From a virus: a stretch of 9,047 bases of DNA. The notes below the pieces were generated by a model. That model was not told where the DNA came from and ran no database searches. It saw nothing but the letters and a program-made list of their open reading frames with translations. Both the position numbers and the translations under genes were made by a program. The DNA lies in the UHGV virus genome UHGV-0043901. One strand, written 5' to 3'. Of this stretch, positions 6,387-9,047 are shown piece by piece; within the stretch, counting starts at the first letter, position 1; each line of letters begins with the position of its first letter.

Positions 6387-7441
6387 TGGCAGGCAAAGCA
6401 ACGGCACTTAACACTAACCAGCTTTTTGCGTACCTGAATCGCGGGGATATTGCGGAATTTAAATTCAGTCCGCTGTTTACCACGCTGTTTTTCCCGAACG
6501 TGGCGACATTCAACACCCAAAACATCATGCTGGACACCCTGGACATTGAAGAGGTTACGATGTCGGCGTTTTGTTCGCCTATGGTGGGTAGTCAGGTCCA
6601 GCGCGATAAAGGGTACGAAACCAGCACGATTAAACCTGGATACATGAAGCCGAAGCACGAAATCGATCCAACGAAAACCATCATGCGTATGGCTGGAGAA
6701 GATCCGGCACAGCTTAATGACCCAACCTATCGCCGTATGCGCCTGATTACTGGCAACATGCGCCGCCAGATAAACGCGATTAAAGCGCGCGTGGAATGGC
6801 TGGCGGTGAATGCGGTAACGACCGGAAAAAACATCATTGAGGGCGAAGGCATAGAACGCTATGAAATCGACTGGAAGATACCGGAAAAAAACATCATAGA
6901 GCAGGCCAAAGGCCGTAAATGGTCCGAGCAGGACAAAGAAACCCACGATCCAATCTATGATATCGAGCTTTATGCGGATCAAGCAGGTTGCCCCGCCAAC
7001 GTCATGATCATGGGCGCTGAGGTATGGCGAACGTTACGCAGCTTTAAAAAATTCCGCGAACTGTACGATCTTTCCCGTGGTTCAGAGTCCGCCGCCGAAC
7101 TGGCCTGTAAAAACCTGGGCGAAGTGGTGAGCTTTAAAGGCTATCTGGGCGATATTGCCCTTATCGTCTATTCCGGCAAATACACTGACAGCGACGGCAC
7201 AGAAAAATATTTCCTTGAGCCTGATTTGCTTGTCCTGGGCAACACCAACAATAAAGGGCTGGTGGCCTATGGTGCGATTATGGATCAGGACGCAGTAAGA
7301 ACGGGCGCAACGCAAAACATGTTTTACCCGAAAAACTGGATTGAGGACGGCGATCCGGCGATTGAGTACGTGCAGACGCACAGCGCACCGCAGCCGGTTC
7401 CGGCAGATATTCGCAAATTTGTTACCGTCAAAATTGGTTAA
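6386..7441 (+). CDS. Major capsid protein, lambda gpE family
   Basis: 351 aa versus 341 aa for lambda gpE, with blocks matching the recalled gpE sequence: FKFSPLFTTLFF (gpE FKFDPLFLRLFF), SPMVGSQV (SPIVSGEV), PGYMKPKHEIDP (PGYVKPKHEVNP), EDPAQLNDPTYRRMR (EDPQNLADPAYRRRR), WSEQDKETHDP (WSKRDKSTYDP), YPKNWIEDGDPA (YPKNWVTTGDPA). GGGGGTG Shine-Dalgarno. Confidence 0.9.
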   Translation: MAGKATALNTNQLFAYLNRGDIAEFKFSPLFTTLFFPNVATFNTQNIMLDTLDIEEVTMSAFCSPMVGSQVQRDKGYETSTIKPGYMKPKHEIDPTKTIMRMAGEDPAQLNDPTYRRMRLITGNMRRQINAIKARVEWLAVNAVTTGKNIIEGEGIERYEIDWKIPEKNIIEQAKGRKWSEQDKETHDPIYDIELYADQAGCPANVMIMGAEVWRTLRSFKKFRELYDLSRGSESAAELACKNLGEVVSFKGYLGDIALIVYSGKYTDSDGTEKYFLEPDLLVLGNTNNKGLVAYGAIMDQDAVRTGATQNMFYPKNWIEDGDPAIEYVQTHSAPQPVPADIRKFVTVKIG

Positions 7442-7452
7442 CGGGGGATTCT

Positions 7453-7788
7453 ATGGACACTCCATACATTGAGTTATTTGCAGGCAGTCAGCAGGTCGCC
7501 ACGACGCTGGTACATTTTGCCGCTGATGCTGGCGTTATTCAGGAATTTACCCCGCTGATGCTGGCGGACAATGGCGAGTTTAAGCCGTGGGATGGTAAGG
7601 AATCTGGCAAGGCTGTTTATCTGACCTCGTACCCTGTTGACACGTCAAAGCAGAAATCAGCACAGTGTTACAAGATGGGGATATTCAATATTGCCGCCGT
7701 TAACTGGCCTGAGAGCGTCGACACCGATGCGAAAAAATGCGCCGCCTTTGCGGGTTCTGGCGTATCCGTTCAGCCGCTGGCCCGATAA
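7453..7788 (+). CDS. Head decoration protein, lambda gpD family
   Basis: 111 aa versus 110 aa for gpD; shared TPLML, WDG, YK-G-F, WPE, D-x-KK-x-AFAG-x-x-S blocks with recalled gpD; GGGGGAT Shine-Dalgarno; immediately follows the capsid gene. Confidence 0.75.
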   Translation: MDTPYIELFAGSQQVATTLVHFAADAGVIQEFTPLMLADNGEFKPWDGKESGKAVYLTSYPVDTSKQKSAQCYKMGIFNIAAVNWPESVDTDAKKCAAFAGSGVSVQPLAR

Positions 7789-7800
7789 GCAGGGGGAACG

Positions 7801-8214
7801 ATGGCAACGAATGAAAGCATCATGACGCTACCGCTGGCGAGTAAATTTAAAGCCGAAGCGCGGGCAATGGCTGACAGAGGGTTATCAACCTACGAGGCCA
7901 TATATCAACTTAACAAACTGGAAGAGCAGGACAAGCCGCGCGCTGATGCGATTATGGCGCTTGATGAATCTGGCGACTATCAGCCGCTGTTACGTGCAAT
8001 GGCAAACGTGCCTTGTATCGATGTTGGTACGGCTAAAAGCATCCTTAGCATGACCATAGAGCAGGAACGTCTGAAGGTTGCGCCGGAACTTACCGCAGCC
8101 TTTGAAAACTTTATGGACATGCACAGCCCGCAAGCCGTATCAGCTGGCATGGCATACGATGGCAGAAACCAGGGCGATGACGGCGACATCGATCGCATAC
8201 TGAAAACCATCTGA
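7801..8214 (+). CDS. Hypothetical protein (137 aa), last gene of head module, no recognisable family
   Basis: AGGGGGAA Shine-Dalgarno 3 nt before the ATG; acidic, protein-like composition; followed 6 nt later by a strong terminator. Confidence 0.55.
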   Translation: MATNESIMTLPLASKFKAEARAMADRGLSTYEAIYQLNKLEEQDKPRADAIMALDESGDYQPLLRAMANVPCIDVGTAKSILSMTIEQERLKVAPELTAAFENFMDMHSPQAVSAGMAYDGRNQGDDGDIDRILKTI

Positions 8215-8220
8215 GACAAG

Positions 8221-8242
8221 GCCGGAGAAATCCGGCTTTTTT
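8221..8242 (+). terminator. Rho-independent terminator (GCCGGA-GAAA-TCCGGC plus T6), near-identical copy of the 5951-5973 terminator
   Basis: Same stem sequence as the terminator after ssb, loop one A shorter, T6 tail. Confidence 0.7.
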
Positions 8243-8244
8243 AC

Positions 8245-8440
8245 GGGTCCTTCCTGGAATTATGGCCCGTTACGGGGCGGCGACCTCGCGCGTTTTCGCT
8301 ATTTATGAAAATTTTCCGGGGAAAATCATGTCGGTACTTCTCGAACATAACTATTTGTTTTTTCTAATATCGAATCCGTAAAAGGTCCGACATGAAAACG
8401 CCTGAAAAAGTCATTTTCGGGCACTCTCATGTCGGCCCCT
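8245..8440 (+). other. cos site (cohesive-end packaging site): cosQ-like region, cosN (GGGCGGCGACCT at 8275-8286) and cosB with three R-like sites
   Basis: 8245-8319 is nearly identical to the recalled lambda cos region (GGGTCCTT-CC...TTACG GGGCGGCGACCT CGCG-GTTTTCGCTATTTATGAAAATTTTCCGG). Downstream R-site positions are collinear with lambda R3-I1-R2-R1, but the repeats read CATGTCGG (8327-8334, plus), CCGACATG (8387-8394, minus), CATGTCGG (8428-8435, plus) instead of lambda CGTTTCC. Distance from cosN to the terS ATG (188 nt) matches lambda (cos to Nu1, 190 nt). Confidence 0.85.
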
Positions 8441-8462
8441 GTATTTGCTATGAGACTATTTC

Positions 8463-9047
8463 ATGAAGGTTAATAAAAAGAAGCTTGCCGAAATTTTCAA
8501 CGTGGATCCGCGGACGATTGAACGCTGGCAGTCTCAGGGGCTTACTTGTGTCTCCGGAGGTGGTAAGGGCGTTGAATCTGTATTTGATACCGCCATGGCA
8601 ATTCAGTGGTATGCGCAGAGGGAAGCTGATATCGAAAACGAAAAGCTCCGGAAAGAACTGGAAGATTTGCGGGCGGCTGCAGAATCAGACTTACAACCGG
8701 GCACCATTGACTATGAGCGCTACCGGCTCACAAAAGCGCAGGCAGATGCGCAGGAGCTTAAAAACGAGCGCGAACGCGGCGACGTTATTGATACAGCGTT
8801 TTGTATATACGTGCTTTCAAAACTGGCGAGTCAGATTTCATCAATCATGGACAGCCTCCCGCTTACTATGCAAAGGAGCTTCCCACAGATGACCCCCGTC
8901 ATGCTGGATGGCCTGAAAAAAGAAGTTGTCAGAGCCTGTAACGCATGCACAAAACTTGATGAAAACATCCCGCGAATGCTGTCCGATTATCTGATGGAAA
9001 CTACCGGAAATGTGCCTGATAAGTTTCAGCCGGATAAAGACAAGTAA
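8463..9047 (+). CDS. terS: Terminase small subunit, lambda Nu1 family (N-terminal winged-HTH cosB-binding domain)
   Basis: 194 aa; collinear similarity to recalled lambda Nu1 across the whole length: [12 protein letters not shown] (MEVNKKQLADIF), [20 protein letters not shown] (EIENEKLRREVEELR), [26 protein letters not shown] ([26 protein letters not shown]), TAFC, LPL. Stop codon is the last three bases of the window. Confidence 0.88.
   Translation: MKVNKKKLAEIFNVDPRTIERWQSQGLTCVSGGGKGVESVFDTAMAIQWYAQREADIENEKLRKELEDLRAAAESDLQPGTIDYERYRLTKAQADAQELKNERERGDVIDTAFCIYVLSKLASQISSIMDSLPLTMQRSFPQMTPVMLDGLKKEVVRACNACTKLDENIPRMLSDYLMETTGNVPDKFQPDKDK

Larger units (their letters stand above)
1..9047. 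mobile_element. Satellite-like integrative element (PICI / P4-like island with lambda-type cos packaging module); window probably covers most but not all of it
   Basis: Co-oriented integrase, AlpA, primase-helicase, iteron origin, SSB, capsid and decoration genes, cos and small terminase in 9 kb; no tail, lysis or immunity genes seen. Element ends (att sites) not identifiable in window. Confidence 0.7.

Noticed and set aside
6371-6982. 203-aa minus-strand ORF
   Set aside because: It lies entirely antisense within the gpE-like capsid gene, which has strong family similarity; Arg/His-rich composition is typical of antisense artefacts.
8485-8892. 135-aa plus-strand ORF in an alternative frame
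   Set aside because: It overlaps the Nu1-like terminase gene, whose frame carries clear family similarity; the alternative frame is Arg/Ser-rich and featureless.
8463-9047. Interpreting the Nu1-like gene plus cos as the start of an adjacent ordinary lambda prophage
   Set aside because: In lambdoid prophages cos is preceded by lysis genes, not by capsid and decoration genes, and here the head genes, terminator, cos and terS are contiguous and co-oriented with the P4/PICI-type replication module. It cannot be fully excluded without the sequence beyond 9047.
1-9047. Defence-system cargo (restriction-modification, abortive infection, toxin-antitoxin enzymes)
   Set aside because: No ORF in the window shows nuclease, methyltransferase, ATPase-nuclease or other recognisable defence domains. 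The only candidates are small unknown ORFs, which I report as unknowns rather than as a defence system.

Overview
The window reads as one compact, co-oriented mobile element of the satellite / phage-inducible chromosomal island (PICI / P4-like) type from an enterobacterial genome. Reading left to right: a P4-family tyrosine integrase (50-1288), a long AT-rich regulatory gap, an AlpA regulator (1699-1908), a divergent pair of small genes (Arc-like repressor on the minus strand, Icd-like ORF on the plus strand) flanking a perfect 14-bp inverted repeat, two small unknown ORFs, a P4/D5-type primase-helicase (3185-5002), an iteron origin (about 10 copies of CTGTTCACC, 5014-5240), a small ORF plus an SSB ending in DDIPF, tandem terminators, then a late-type module. 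The late module holds a small ORF, a lambda gpE-like major capsid protein (6386-7441), a gpD-like decoration protein (7453-7788) and an unknown 137-aa protein, followed by a terminator. A lambda-type cos site follows (cosN GGGCGGCGACCT at 8275-8286), then a Nu1-like small terminase (8463-9047). The most notable point is that a P4/PICI-style replication backbone carries its own lambda-type capsid shell genes and a cos site whose cosQ/cosN is almost identical to lambda, while the cosB R-sites are changed to CATGTCGG beside a diverged Nu1 homolog. All homology calls rest on reading the translations against remembered family sequences and motifs; no database search was run. Whether portal, protease or large terminase genes lie beyond position 9047 cannot be seen.
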